From positions 1,740,001 through 1,772,000 of the forward strand of contig NZ_LT906458.1 of the NCBI RefSeq assembly GCF_900187275.1: 32,000 nucleotides of DNA. Direction: 5' to 3'. The notes beneath the pieces are model-generated. The model was not told the origin of the DNA. It saw nothing but the letters and a program-made list of their open reading frames with translations, and did not search any database. The DNA comes from Pasteurella multocida (GTDB taxonomy: Bacteria > Pseudomonadota > Gammaproteobacteria > Enterobacterales > Pasteurellaceae). The position numbers were made by a program, and so were the translations under genes. This document shows positions 8,623-18,242 of this stretch, piece after piece. Each line of letters opens with the position of its first letter. Position 1 is the stretch's first letter.

Positions 8623-9636
8623 TTATTCCCCTTTGCGCTCACGTCCAAGTAGGCTTGCCGCCACGTCTTGTGCATTTTTACCACAGAATAAAACTTGATA
8701 AACTTGCTCTGTGATCGGCATTTCTATCCCTTGACGTTGCGCTAATAAATAGGCTTCTTTCGCGTTATAAAAGCCTTCTACCACTTGCCCGATATTGTCC
8801 ATTGCTGTTTGGGCTGAAAAGCCCTGACCGAGCATGATACCAAATCGGCGGTTACGCGATTGATCGTCAGTACAGGTTAACACTAAATCACCTAAGCCAG
8901 ACATGCCCATAAAAGTATTTGGATTCGCGCCTAATGAGGCGCCTAAACGGCTAATTTCCGCAATACCACGAGTAATCAAGGCTGTTCGTGCATTAGCACC
9001 AAAGCCCATACCATCCGACATCCCAGCACTGATCGCAATCACATTTTTAATCGCACCACCTAGCTGCACACCGATCATATCTTGATTAATATAAACTCTG
9101 AAATGTTTACTGCAATGGATACGTGCTTGGAATTCCAAAGCAAATTGTTCATTATTGGAGGCTAGGGCAATTGCGGTCGGTAAACCGGCAGCAAGCTCTT
9201 TCGCAAATGTCGGTCCAGATAATACCGCTAACGGGTGTTGTGTACCGAGCTTTTCCTCAATCACTTCTTGCAATAAACGCCCCGTATTGCGCTCTAACCC
9301 TTTCGTCGCCCAAGCAATGCGATGATCAGGGCGTAAATAAGGCTTAATTTTATCAATCACTTCCCCAAATACATGACTTGGCACCACAATTAACAGATCA
9401 CGTGATTGGCTTAAGGCACTGGCTAAATCAAATTCAATATGCAAGGCATCTGGAAAAGCAATATTCGGCAAAAAAGCGTTATTCTGACGTTCTTCACTTA
9501 AGCGTTGCATGTGAACAGGATCATGTCCCCAAAGATAAGTAGGGAAACCATTTCGAGAAAACGCAATCGCTAATGCGGTACCATAAGAACCTGCACCAAG
9601 TACCGTAATTGGAGAAGTGGCTACAGTCGTATTCAT
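8623..9636 (-). CDS. gpsA: Glycerol-3-phosphate dehydrogenase [NAD(P)+]
   Basis: [21 protein letters not shown]...[31 protein letters not shown]...[18 protein letters not shown]...[38 protein letters not shown]. Confidence 0.95.
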   Translation of the reverse strand: MNTTVATSPITVLGAGSYGTALAIAFSRNGFPTYLWGHDPVHMQRLSEERQNNAFLPNIAFPDALHIEFDLASALSQSRDLLIVVPSHVFGEVIDKIKPYLRPDHRIAWATKGLERNTGRLLQEVIEEKLGTQHPLAVLSGPTFAKELAAGLPTAIALASNNEQFALEFQARIHCSKHFRVYINQDMIGVQLGGAIKNVIAISAGMSDGMGFGANARTALITRGIAEISRLGASLGANPNTFMGMSGLGDLVLTCTDDQSRNRRFGIMLGQGFSAQTAMDNIGQVVEGFYNAKEAYLLAQRQGIEMPITEQVYQVLFCGKNAQDVAASLLGRERKGE

Positions 9637-9708
9637 GTTATACTCCCGAAAAATGATGAAACTAAGTGAGGCAATTGGACATCATCTTAATAAATTAAGT
9701 GATAAAAT

Positions 9709-9733
9709 TTCGCTCTCACAGCGAGAGCGAAAA
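9709..9733 (-). terminator. Putative terminator/attenuator between secB and gpsA
   Basis: TTTCGCTCTC (9709-9718) acagc GAGAGCGAAA (9724-9733), perfect 10-bp stem; reverse strand followed by a short T-rich stretch. Confidence 0.55.
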
Positions 9734-9741
9734 GAGATAGA

Positions 9742-10254
9742 TTAATGAACGTCTTTATTTTCTTCTTCTGTGGTTTGTTCAGCTTGTTCTTGACGCTGTA
9801 AATAGTCCATAAACAACGCATCAAAATTCACAGGGGAAAGATTCAATGCAGGGAATGTACCGCGATTCACTAAGCTTGATACTAATTCACGCGCATAAGG
9901 GAAAAGCATATTTGGGCATTGTGAAGTTAAACAATGTGCCATTTGCATCTCTTCTAAACCACTAATGGTGAAAACCCCAGCTTGTTTGACTTCGCAGATA
10001 AAAGCAACATCACCTGAACTTTCCATGGTGGTTTCCACAGAAATATTTAAGCAAACTTCGTATAAATCATCACCGACTTGTTTCGCTTCTGTACTTAAAT
10101 CAAAACTGAGTTTTGGCTCCCAATCTTGTTGGAAAATATGTGGAAGATTAGGTGCTTCAAACGACACATCTTTCACATAAATGCGTTGGATTTGAAGTAC
10201 TGGTTGCTGTGTTGCTTGTGTATCTGCCGCATTCACTTGATTTTCTTCAGACAT
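9742..10254 (-). CDS. secB: Protein-export chaperone SecB
   Basis: [56 protein letters not shown]...[65 protein letters not shown]. Confidence 0.96.
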   Translation of the reverse strand: MSEENQVNAADTQATQQPVLQIQRIYVKDVSFEAPNLPHIFQQDWEPKLSFDLSTEAKQVGDDLYEVCLNISVETTMESSGDVAFICEVKQAGVFTISGLEEMQMAHCLTSQCPNMLFPYARELVSSLVNRGTFPALNLSPVNFDALFMDYLQRQEQAEQTTEEENKDVH

Positions 10255-10271
10255 GTTTAAATCCTTATGAT

Positions 10272-10712
10272 CTATTTTTTAATTAAAGGTAAATTTGCAG
10301 AACGCCAACCTGTAATGCCTTCTTTTAAGGTATAAACACGGTTAAATCCTTGTTTACTTAATAACTCGGCAGACGCACCGGCACTCATACCGGTTGCACA
10401 AGCCAGAATCACAGGCGTGTCTTTATGATGATGAATTTTACCGACATTATTCTTTTTGATTTCTGCGGGTAAAATATTCAAACTGTTAATAATATGACCA
10501 CGCTCAAACTCATCAATAGAGCGTAAATCCACCACAACGGCATCTTCATTATTCATCAAGCTTACCGCTTCCGCATTTGTCACCACTTTGACTTTTGAGG
10601 TGAAATCTTTCACAAAAGTATAAATGACCATAAAAAAGACCATTACCCACGCAAGTACCATTAAAGTATGGTTTTGGGCAAAGGCTTTTGCCATTGGAAT
10701 AAATTCTTGCAT
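10272..10712 (-). CDS. Rhodanese-like domain membrane protein (YibN-like)
   Basis: One N-terminal TM segment then rhodanese fold with active-site-like [10 protein letters not shown]; adjacent to secB. Preferred start is [11 protein letters not shown] at 10712; the track ORF extends to 10760. Confidence 0.83.
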   Translation of the reverse strand: MQEFIPMAKAFAQNHTLMVLAWVMVFFMVIYTFVKDFTSKVKVVTNAEAVSLMNNEDAVVVDLRSIDEFERGHIINSLNILPAEIKKNNVGKIHHHKDTPVILACATGMSAGASAELLSKQGFNRVYTLKEGITGWRSANLPLIKK

Positions 10713-10923
10713 TTTTTTCTCAGGATTAAGTTTAAAATAAGAGCTTAAGTATAACCGCACTTTAAATATCTTTCAAAGCAAAGTATTCAAATTTTAATTG
10801 ATCTACATTATAGATAGCCTACCTATTTATTGCTATATTAATCCCGATTCTACGAAAGTAGGAAGGTAACGGATCATTTCTTTTCTGCAATCTTCATTCA
10901 AACTTATCACATAAGGATACATT

Positions 10924-12237
10924 ATGTTCTTCATTCAATTTGGCATAGTTTTACTATGTATTTTAGTCGGGGCACGTATTGGCGGTATCGGGCTCGGAGT
11001 TATGGGGGGCTTAGGACTTGCTATTCTCTCCTTTGGGTTTGGTTTAAAACCAGCCGGCTTACCTATCGACGTTATGTTTATGATCATGGCAGTCGTCTCT
11101 GCCGCCGCAGCGATGCAAGCGTCAGGCGGTTTAGATTATATGATCAAAATTGCGGCGCGTATTTTACGTAAAAATCCTAAATACATTACTTTTATGGCAC
11201 CTGCTGTCACTTGGACTTTCACCGTATTAGCGGGTACCGGGCACGTAGCTTATTCTGTACTACCGGTTATCGCGGAAGTCAGTCGCCATAATGGCGTACG
11301 CCCAGAACGCCCACTGTCTATGGCTGTGATTGCTTCACAATTCGCCATTGTGGCTAGTCCTATCGCGGCAGCCGTGGTTGCTGTAGTGAACTTTCTCGAG
11401 CCACAGGGCATCACCTTAGGGAATGTCTTATCTGTCACCATTCCAGCCACGGTATTAGGACTTTTTGTGGCGTGTTTATTTGTTAATAAAATGGGGAAAG
11501 AATTACATGAAGACCCTGTTTATTTAGCCAAATTACAAGATCCAGAATACGTTAAAGAAAGCCAAGCACAATCTACCATTGGTGAAGCTGACATCTCAGA
11601 TAAAGCAAAAGTATCTGTAGGTATCTTCTTGTTTGCTGCATTATTAGTAGTATTAATGGGGACGTTCCCAAGCTTACGCCCAACCTTTGATGGCAAAGCA
11701 ATGGGGATGGCACACACCATTGAAATCGTGATGCTTTCTGCAGGTGCACTCATTATGTTATTGTGTAAACCTGATGGCACAGCGGTAACTAAAGGATCGG
11801 TCTTCCATGCAGGTATGCGTGCTGTCATTGCGATTTTCGGTATCGCATGGCTAGGTGACACGCTTATGCAAGCCCATATTGTGGAAGTCAAAGATTCAGT
11901 AAAATACCTCGTTGAAACGGCACCATGGGCGTTTGCATTTGCACTCTTTGCCTTATCTGTATTAGTGAATAGCCAAGGGGCAACAGTCGCCACCTTATTC
12001 CCACTTGGTATTGCATTAGGTATCCCAGCACCGATCTTGATTGGTACCTTTGTGGCAGTAAACGGTTATTTCTTTATTCCAAACTACGGTCCAATCATTG
12101 CTTCTATTGATTTTGATACCACTGGAACAACACGCATTGGTAAATTCATTTTCAACCACAGCTTTATGCTCCCTGGTCTATTAAGCATGGCATTTAGCTT
12201 AGGTTTTGGTTTACTGTTTGCCAATTTTATTCTCTAA
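10924..12237 (+). CDS. dcuB: Anaerobic C4-dicarboxylate transporter, Dcu family
   Basis: Polytopic protein, [23 protein letters not shown]...[90 protein letters not shown], typical DcuA/DcuB signature; the A/B subtype is not certain. Confidence 0.85.
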   Translation: MFFIQFGIVLLCILVGARIGGIGLGVMGGLGLAILSFGFGLKPAGLPIDVMFMIMAVVSAAAAMQASGGLDYMIKIAARILRKNPKYITFMAPAVTWTFTVLAGTGHVAYSVLPVIAEVSRHNGVRPERPLSMAVIASQFAIVASPIAAAVVAVVNFLEPQGITLGNVLSVTIPATVLGLFVACLFVNKMGKELHEDPVYLAKLQDPEYVKESQAQSTIGEADISDKAKVSVGIFLFAALLVVLMGTFPSLRPTFDGKAMGMAHTIEIVMLSAGALIMLLCKPDGTAVTKGSVFHAGMRAVIAIFGIAWLGDTLMQAHIVEVKDSVKYLVETAPWAFAFALFALSVLVNSQGATVATLFPLGIALGIPAPILIGTFVAVNGYFFIPNYGPIIASIDFDTTGTTRIGKFIFNHSFMLPGLLSMAFSLGFGLLFANFIL

Positions 12238-12253
12238 GTAAACATTAGAAGAC

Positions 12254-12290
12254 AAAAACGCGGTTTGATATTGAATAAAACCGCGTTTTT
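12254..12290. terminator. Terminator after the dcu gene
   Basis: AAAAACGCGGTTT (12254-12266) ... AAACCGCGTTTTT (12278-12290). Confidence 0.85.
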
Positions 12291-12342
12291 TTGTCGATGA
12301 CTTCAACAAGTCTCGTAAAACTTGCTTAAAAATGACCGCACT

Positions 12343-13842
12343 TTATTTCTTCAATGCCCCCAAAATACCACGCATGATTTGCTTGGTCACTTGAGTACGG
12401 ATGTTACGTCCAACTGATTTCGCCACACCACTAACAATTTCTTCTGTCACAGTCAGTTTCTCACCGCGTTTTTTCGTACCAAAAATCATGCGACTTAAAC
12501 TGCCCATTAAACCACTTTCCTCTTCTTGTTGTGCTTGCTCTGCTTGCTTTTGCGCAACAGCAGCAAGATCTGCTTGTTGATTTAACACTTCAAAGGCAGA
12601 CTCATTATCAATCAATTCACGGTAAAAAGGATAAATATCATCGTCTTTAACCCAAGCATCGCGTTCTTCTTGTGCAATCGGTTTTAGCTGGCTACGTGGC
12701 GGGAAAATAAACGCTACTTCGACGGGGGTCGGCATCCCTTTTTCATCCAAAAAAGACACCAACGCTTGTCCCACACCAAGACTGGTGATCGTTTCCGTCA
12801 CATTAATCTTTGGATTAGTGCGGAACGTTTCGGCGGCAGCTTTTACCGCTTTTTGATCTCGTGGCGTGAAGGCACGTAAGGCGTGCTGTACACGGTTACC
12901 AAGCTGACCTAACACCGTATCCGGCAAATCTAACGGGTTTTGCGTCACAAAATACACACCAACGCCTTTAGAACGAATTAAACGCACCACTTGTTCCACT
13001 TTATCCACCAACACGGCGGGGGCGCCATCAAACAATAAATGTGCTTCATCAAAGAACATCACAAATTTCGGCTTTTCCGGATCACCAACTTCAGGTAAAG
13101 TCTCGAATAACTCTGACATGAGCCAGAGTAAAAAGGCACTGTACATTTTTGGTGAATTAATTAATTTTTCTGAATTCAGCACATTGATGACACCACGCCC
13201 ATCTCGTGTTTGTAACCAATCTTCTAAATTCAAAGCCGGCTCGCCAAACAAATTTGCGGCCCCTTGATTTTCAAGGGTAAGCAAGGCACGCTGAATCGCC
13301 CCCACACTGGCAGCTGAAACATTACCGTATTCCAATTGGAACGTTTTGGCATTGTCTGCTACATATTTCAACATCGCGCGTAAATCTTTTAAATCTATCA
13401 GCAATAGCCCTTTATCATCTGCAACACGGAACACTAAATTCAATAGCCCTTCTTGCGTGGCATTCAGATTTAAAAGACGCGATAACAGTAAAGGTCCCAT
13501 TTCTGAAATTGTAGTGCGAAGCGGAATACCCGTTTCGCCAAACACATCCCAAAATGAAACAGGATAGCCATTAAGGTAGCCTTCGCCACCCAAGCCAAAT
13601 TGCTCAATACGCTCAGCAATTTTTCCTTGAAATTGACCGGCTTTGACTAAACCAGATAAATCGCCTTTGACATCCACTAAAAAGACTGGCACACCGTCAT
13701 CACTAAAAGCTTCTGCCATAGTACGTAAGGTAACCGTTTTCCCAGTCCCGGTTGCTCCCGCAATTAAACCATGTCGATTTGCCATTTTGGCGGTGATCCC
13801 CAGTTGTTGTCCTTGTTCTGTTTGCGATAAAAGATATTGCAT
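12343..13842 (-). CDS. HerA/YjgR-like ATPase (DUF853 type)
   Basis: Walker A GLIAGATGTGKTVTLRTMAE; Walker B KFVMFFDEAHLLFDGAP; VEQVVRLIRSKGVGVYFVTQNPLDLPDTVLGQLGNRVQHALRAFTPRDQKAVKAAAETFR. Preferred start MQYLLSQ at 13842 rather than 13860. Confidence 0.87.
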   Translation of the reverse strand: MQYLLSQTEQGQQLGITAKMANRHGLIAGATGTGKTVTLRTMAEAFSDDGVPVFLVDVKGDLSGLVKAGQFQGKIAERIEQFGLGGEGYLNGYPVSFWDVFGETGIPLRTTISEMGPLLLSRLLNLNATQEGLLNLVFRVADDKGLLLIDLKDLRAMLKYVADNAKTFQLEYGNVSAASVGAIQRALLTLENQGAANLFGEPALNLEDWLQTRDGRGVINVLNSEKLINSPKMYSAFLLWLMSELFETLPEVGDPEKPKFVMFFDEAHLLFDGAPAVLVDKVEQVVRLIRSKGVGVYFVTQNPLDLPDTVLGQLGNRVQHALRAFTPRDQKAVKAAAETFRTNPKINVTETITSLGVGQALVSFLDEKGMPTPVEVAFIFPPRSQLKPIAQEERDAWVKDDDIYPFYRELIDNESAFEVLNQQADLAAVAQKQAEQAQQEEESGLMGSLSRMIFGTKKRGEKLTVTEEIVSGVAKSVGRNIRTQVTKQIMRGILGALKK

Positions 13843-14018
13843 AAAATTGCCCTTAAACAAAAAATGATCGGTTCATCATAAGGAAAAAAAACAAGCGGGT
13901 CAAAATGTGAAAAGCAAAAATCACGAATGACTCACAAATTGAGTGCACTCTTGTCATTTTGTCTTTCGCAAGAAAAATGTTATATTGCCGAACTTTTAAA
14001 CATCAACGAAAAATCATT

Positions 14019-14342
14019 ATGTCTGCATTCTCTGAAATTTCACCACAACAAGCTTGGCAACTGGTGCAACAACACGCTGCTGCTTTGTTAGATATCCGCA
14101 ATGAAACACACTTTGCTCTCGCTCATCCAGCCCAAGCATTTCACTTGAGTCATCAATCCTATGGCGAATTTGAGATGCAATATGAAGATGATCATCCCGT
14201 CATTGTCATTTGCTATCATGGCGTCAGTAGCCGTGGTGCAGCAATGTATTTGATCGAACAGGGTTACACCCAAGTGTACAGTGTAACCGGCGGGTTTGAG
14301 GCTTGGGAACGAGATGGGTTACCAATCGAACGCATAGGTTAA
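14019..14342 (+). CDS. glpE: Thiosulfate sulfurtransferase GlpE (single-domain rhodanese)
   Basis: [51 protein letters not shown]...[34 protein letters not shown]; followed by glpG and glpR. The ATG at 14019 is preferred over the track start at 13959. Confidence 0.9.
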
Positions 14343-14650
14343 TGAAACCCACCTGCTACATAGTACAGCATCCCATAAAACGCCACCGCACTAAGCCCTA
14401 ACAGCCCGCGTGCAAAAGGTGGTTTGTGTTGATTAAGACGATACGCAAGCCGTGCGATTAACGCTAAGCCAAAAGGATATGCCCATAAAAAAACGGACAT
14501 CAACGTGGTTTCCGTTTCACTCAGGCGAGGATTTTTCAACAAATTCGGTGAAATGGTTAAGGCTAACGGCCACAGCAAAATTGGCAAACAAAATAGTGCA
14601 ATCCCCCAACTAAACCCACTAAATCCTTTTGGCTTATTTTCTCTTTCCAT
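14339..14650 (-). CDS. Small membrane protein, uncharacterised Pasteurellaceae family
   Basis: 103 aa with about three TM segments ([16 protein letters not shown]; [22 protein letters not shown]; [16 protein letters not shown]); overlaps the glpE stop by 4 nt. Confidence 0.6.
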
Positions 14651-14707
14651 TCTTTACTCCATCTCGTTACAATAATGACATCTCAATACAGCTATGGAAT
14701 ATAACAA

Positions 14708-15583
14708 ATGCGATATTTATTTGGTAGTGAAATCCCCACATTGGCTTTTCGTTTTCGAGATTATATTCGTGCACAATTTAACGTAGAAGTGGAACTGCGC
14801 GAGATACAAGACGAAAACGGTCAACAAATTCAACTTTTTTTACCTCAACATGCACCGCACTTTGAGGCTATCCTTGCAGAAGTACCGCCTTTTCTCGCAG
14901 ACCCTTTTCATACCAAATATGAACAGGCAAGTTGGCAACGTGGAGATACACAGTCAACCACGACCTCACTAAAAGGAATGTTGCAGCAATCTGGACTCAC
15001 CCTCAGTGCATTACGTAGCCGATCGCGTACAGGTCCTTTCACCCTTTTTATTACTACGCTCTGCCTTGTGATCTATATTTTCCAGCTGACAGGCTATCAA
15101 GACAGTATTCTCACCTTGATGCATTATCCTGAGAATACACAGCAAGATACACAATTTTGGCGTTATTTATCACATACTTTCGTGCATCTTTCTCCCCTGC
15201 ATATTCTGTTTAATTTGTTATGGTGGTGGTTGTTTGGCCATACAATTGAACACCATTTTGGTACAGGAAAATTATTTCAGCTCTTCTTAATCGCCGGTTT
15301 ACTTAGTGGTTTTGCGCAAAATATTGCCTCCGGACCTTACTTTTTTGGCTTATCTGGCGTGGTGTATGCCGTCTTAGGCTATGTGTTAATTTATGATAAG
15401 TGGGGGAAAAACGCGGACTTCACTCTCCCTAGCGGGTTTTCCTTAATGCTGATTGTCGGGATTGTCAGTGGATTTATCAGCCCATTCTTTGGGGTTGAAA
15501 TGGGTAATACAGCCCACATTACTGGCTTAATTGTCGGCTTACTGCTCGGTTGGGCAACGATAAAGCCCACACTAAAAAGATGA
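14708..15583 (+). CDS. glpG: Rhomboid intramembrane serine protease GlpG
   Basis: Catalytic GLSG (YFFGLSGVVYAVLGY), HLSPLHILFNLLWWWLFG, and AHITGLIVG catalytic His helix. Confidence 0.93.
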   Translation: MRYLFGSEIPTLAFRFRDYIRAQFNVEVELREIQDENGQQIQLFLPQHAPHFEAILAEVPPFLADPFHTKYEQASWQRGDTQSTTTSLKGMLQQSGLTLSALRSRSRTGPFTLFITTLCLVIYIFQLTGYQDSILTLMHYPENTQQDTQFWRYLSHTFVHLSPLHILFNLLWWWLFGHTIEHHFGTGKLFQLFLIAGLLSGFAQNIASGPYFFGLSGVVYAVLGYVLIYDKWGKNADFTLPSGFSLMLIVGIVSGFISPFFGVEMGNTAHITGLIVGLLLGWATIKPTLKR

Positions 15584-15642
15584 TCAGCAAATAAAAATAG
15601 CATAAAATGCAATCAAAACTAGCCACAACATGAAGGCACTAC

Positions 15643-16272
15643 ATGAAACAATCTATTCGCCACCAAAAAATTCTTGATCTCGTTACACAAAAAGGCTACG
15701 TCAGTACAGAAGAGCTGGTTAGCCTCTTAGATGTCAGTCCCCCGACTATTCGTCGTGATTTAAATGAGCTGGCTGAGAAAAATTTAATTCGTCGTCATCA
15801 TGGTGGTGCTGCCTCGCCCTCTACGGCAGAAAACAGTGATTATGAAGATCGGAAAAACTTCTTCTTGAAAGGGAAAAACTGCATTGCTCAGCGAGTTGCC
15901 AGCTTAATTCCAAACGGTGCTTCCTTGTTTATTGATATTGGTACCACACCAGAAGCGGTAGCGAAGGCACTCTTAAATCATCAAAAATTACGCATTGTGA
16001 CCAATAACATTAATGCCGCTTATATCCTAATGCAAAATGAAACCTTTGATATTATTTTGGCGAGTGGTTCATTACGTCAAGACGGGGGGATTATTGGTGA
16101 GGCAACCGTTGCCTTTATTTCACAATTCCGTTTAGATTTTGGTATTTTAGGTATCAGTGGTATTGACTTAGATGGCTCACTGTTAGACTACGACTACCAT
16201 GAAGTACAGGTCAAACGCGCCATTATCGAAAGTTCTCGCCAAACCTTATTAGTGACGGATCACTCCCTGTAG
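15643..16272 (+). pseudogene. glpR: DeoR-family glycerol-3-phosphate regulon repressor GlpR, 3' end damaged (209 aa plus an out-of-frame tail at 16272-16334)
   Basis: MKQSIRHQKILDLVTQKGYVSTEELVSLLDVSPPTIRRDLNELAEKNLIRRHHGGA...GIIGEATVAFISQFRLDFGILGISGIDLDGSLLDYDYHEVQVKRAIIESSRQTLLVTDHSL*; premature stop where GlpR normally continues about 40 residues. Confidence 0.75.
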
Positions 16273-16406
16273 TAAGCGATATGGAGGTGATCTTAACCAA
16301 TGCCTACTATGGTTATGATGCCAATCAATACTAATTACCTCTTAACCCCGAAGTGCGGTCAATACTGAAAACGTTTTGATAGCACGTTCACTCAAACAAT
16401 AACAAT

Positions 16407-16430
16407 CCGCCCGTAAAACGGGCGGTTTTT
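16407..16430 (+). terminator. Rho-independent terminator downstream of glpR
   Basis: CCGCCCGT aaa ACGGGCGG TTTTT. Confidence 0.88.
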
Positions 16431-16455
16431 AGGCCACCCTATAAGGGCCTAGTAC

Positions 16456-16483
16456 TTCACATGCCCCTCAAGGGGCATGTGAA
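16456..16483. repeat. Hairpin near the downstream end of the IS200-like element
   Basis: TTCACATGCCCCT (16456-16468) ca AGGGGCATGTGAA (16471-16483), perfect 13-bp arms. Confidence 0.8.
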
Positions 16484-16512
16484 TTCTGACAACCGTTCAA
16501 TAACTCTGTTGC

Positions 16513-16977
16513 CTACCCCTTAAAGGGGTCCATATATTCTTTCTTCGATAAATTATCCTGAATCATATCTTCCTTTTCCTGATTTCGGATATATTCCTCT
16601 ACAATTTTTGTATTTAAACCTACTGTACTTACATAATAGCCTTTCGCCCAAAAATTTCGATTCCCATACTTATATTTCAAATTTGCATGTCTTTCAAATA
16701 TCATTAGCGATGACTTACCTTTTAAATACCCCATAAAACTTGAAACGGCCAGTTTCGGAGGTATCCTTAACAGCATATGGATATGCTCTTTCATTGCATA
16801 TGCCTCTATTATCTCTACATTCTTGTAGTGACATAATTGTCTTAGTATCCCTCCTATATCAACTCGCAATTTTCCATAAATTGCTTTTCTCCTATACTTA
16901 GGGATAAAGACTATGTGGTACTTACAGTTCCATCTTGTGTGTGATAGACTTGAATCGTCATTGGATTTACTTGCCAT
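16513..16977 (-). CDS. tnpA: IS200/IS605-family transposase TnpA (Y1 HUH transposase, IS200 group)
   Basis: MASKSNDDSSLSHTRWNCKYHIVFIPKYRRKAIYGKLRVDIGGILRQLCHYKNVEIIEAYAMKEHIHMLLRIPPKLAVSSFMGYLKGKSSLMIFERHANLKYKYGNRNFWAKGYYVSTVGLN: HIHMLL HUH motif and catalytic Tyr region. Confidence 0.95.
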   Translation of the reverse strand: MASKSNDDSSLSHTRWNCKYHIVFIPKYRRKAIYGKLRVDIGGILRQLCHYKNVEIIEAYAMKEHIHMLLRIPPKLAVSSFMGYLKGKSSLMIFERHANLKYKYGNRNFWAKGYYVSTVGLNTKIVEEYIRNQEKEDMIQDNLSKKEYMDPFKG

Positions 16978-16982
16978 GACTT

Positions 16983-17034
16983 ATCCTCCTATATGTTGAA
17001 TTTTGGTTGTCAGCCTTGTTCATTATAGGAGGAT
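16983..17034 (-). promoter_or_regulatory. RBS-sequestering inverted repeat in the tnpA 5' leader
   Basis: ATCCTCCTATA (16983-16993) and TATAGGAGGAT (17024-17034); on the reverse strand the tnpA Shine-Dalgarno AGGAGG lies inside one arm, about 5 nt from the ATG. Confidence 0.75.
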
Positions 17035-17068
17035 GTTTTGTTCTGCTCACCGCTTAAGCTTTTCTGTT

Positions 17069-17117
17069 CCATACGCAAAGCGTATGGTTTTTATAGCTAG
17101 ACTTTGTCTAGCTATAA
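17069..17117. repeat. Two adjacent hairpins at the upstream end of the IS200-like element
   Basis: CCATACGC aaa GCGTATGG (17069-17087) followed by T5, then TTATAGCTAGA ctttg TCTAGCTATAA (17091-17117). Confidence 0.75.
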
Positions 17118-17120
17118 TGA

Positions 17121-17154
17121 AAAAAAGCGCTGTCTTTACAGCGCTTTTATTTGT
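17121..17154 (-). terminator. Terminator of the ABC transporter operon
   Basis: Plus strand AAAAAAAGCGCTGTctttACAGCGCTTTT, GC-rich stem with A/T tracts on both sides. Confidence 0.85.
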
Positions 17155-17162
17155 CCAAACCG

Positions 17163-18224
17163 TTACTCCACGGGATACCAATGTAATCGAGTAAATACGA
17201 GTTGGCAACTTTCACCCTCTTTTGGTCCGGGATCTCGACGCCCTTTCTGCACACGGAGTTCCTGATCACCCACAACAATATTGTAATCAATTACTTCGCC
17301 TAAATAAGAACGCCGTTTCACAACGCCTGTTACGCCGCCTTCATTGACAAAATCAATTTCTGACGGGCGCGTGGCTAAAATCGCTTTCCCTTGTTGCACC
17401 AGTGCTATTGGAGGCGAAGGTTGAATATGAAAAGTACCATCCAGTCCTGCAAAAGACACCCCTTGGGGAGATAAATTGACCTGTAATTGATTCGATAACC
17501 CAATAAAATTAAACACAAATTTATTGCTTGGGTTATTGTACACATTCAATGGCGTATCAATTTGTTCAATAAGTCCTTTCCTCATCACCAAAATCCGATC
17601 CGATAACGCCATTGCTTCGGCTTGGTCGTGAGTCACATAAATAATGGAAAAACCAAATTTACGTTGCAGGGCTTTAATTTCAAAGCGCATCTCTTCCCTT
17701 AAATGGGGATCTAAACTGGATAACGGCTCGTCAAGTAGCATCACATCTGGATTTAACGCCAAAGCACGTGCTAATGCCACACGCTGTTTTCCCCCGCCGG
17801 ATAAATCATCTGGGCTTTTTTGTGCAACGTTCAGCAAATTAGTGTGTTTTAACGCGTCATTCGTCCGCTTTTCGATTTCCTGTCTTGACACATTTTTCAA
17901 GGTGAGAGGAAATGCCACATTGTCATATACCGTCATATGCGGCCAGACCGCAAAAGCCTGAAACACCATCCCAAAATTACGTTTCTCTGGCGGTAAATAG
18001 AAATTAGTGATTTTGGAAGAAAGTAAACGATCGCCTACACGAATTTCTCCGCCGTCTAAATCTTCAAATCCTGCGATCATACGTAATGTCGTGGTTTTAC
18101 CGCAACCAGACGGTCCTAACATAGAAAAACATTCCCCTTTTTCAATACTGAGGCTCAGATCAGGAATGGCAATGACATCGCCGAATTTTTTCATCACATG
18201 ATTAAGTTGAATATAGCTCATCAT
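17163..18224 (-). CDS. ABC transporter ATP-binding protein 2 (FbpC/AfuC/PotA-like, with TOBE-like C-terminus)
   Basis: Walker [10 protein letters not shown], signature [77 protein letters not shown]. Confidence 0.92.
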   Translation of the reverse strand: MMSYIQLNHVMKKFGDVIAIPDLSLSIEKGECFSMLGPSGCGKTTTLRMIAGFEDLDGGEIRVGDRLLSSKITNFYLPPEKRNFGMVFQAFAVWPHMTVYDNVAFPLTLKNVSRQEIEKRTNDALKHTNLLNVAQKSPDDLSGGGKQRVALARALALNPDVMLLDEPLSSLDPHLREEMRFEIKALQRKFGFSIIYVTHDQAEAMALSDRILVMRKGLIEQIDTPLNVYNNPSNKFVFNFIGLSNQLQVNLSPQGVSFAGLDGTFHIQPSPPIALVQQGKAILATRPSEIDFVNEGGVTGVVKRRSYLGEVIDYNIVVGDQELRVQKGRRDPGPKEGESCQLVFTRLHWYPVE

Positions 18225-18242
18225 TTTCTCCTTAATATTCGG

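Larger units (their letters stand above)
16440..17118 (-). mobile_element. IS200-family insertion sequence (ends approximate)
   Basis: Y1 transposase ORF flanked by hairpins on both sides (16456-16483 downstream, 17069-17087 and 17091-17117 upstream). Exact ends cannot be fixed without comparison to an empty site. Confidence 0.7.

Noticed and set aside
10798-10820. Possible FNR-like site (TTGAT-ctac-ATTat) and small dyad ATCTA/TAGAT upstream of the dcu gene
   Set aside because: Only one half-site matches the FNR consensus well. Regulation by oxygen is plausible for a Dcu transporter, but the sequence match is too weak to call.
11250-11993. Minus-strand ORFs opposite the dcu gene (11250-11450, 11520-11993)
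   Set aside because: They lie inside a strongly supported membrane-transporter CDS, show low-complexity Ala/Thr/Pro composition, and match no family I recognise.
13941-13950. Palindrome GAGTGCACTC upstream of glpE
   Set aside because: Only 10 bp, no second copy found nearby and no clear match to a known operator; could be chance.
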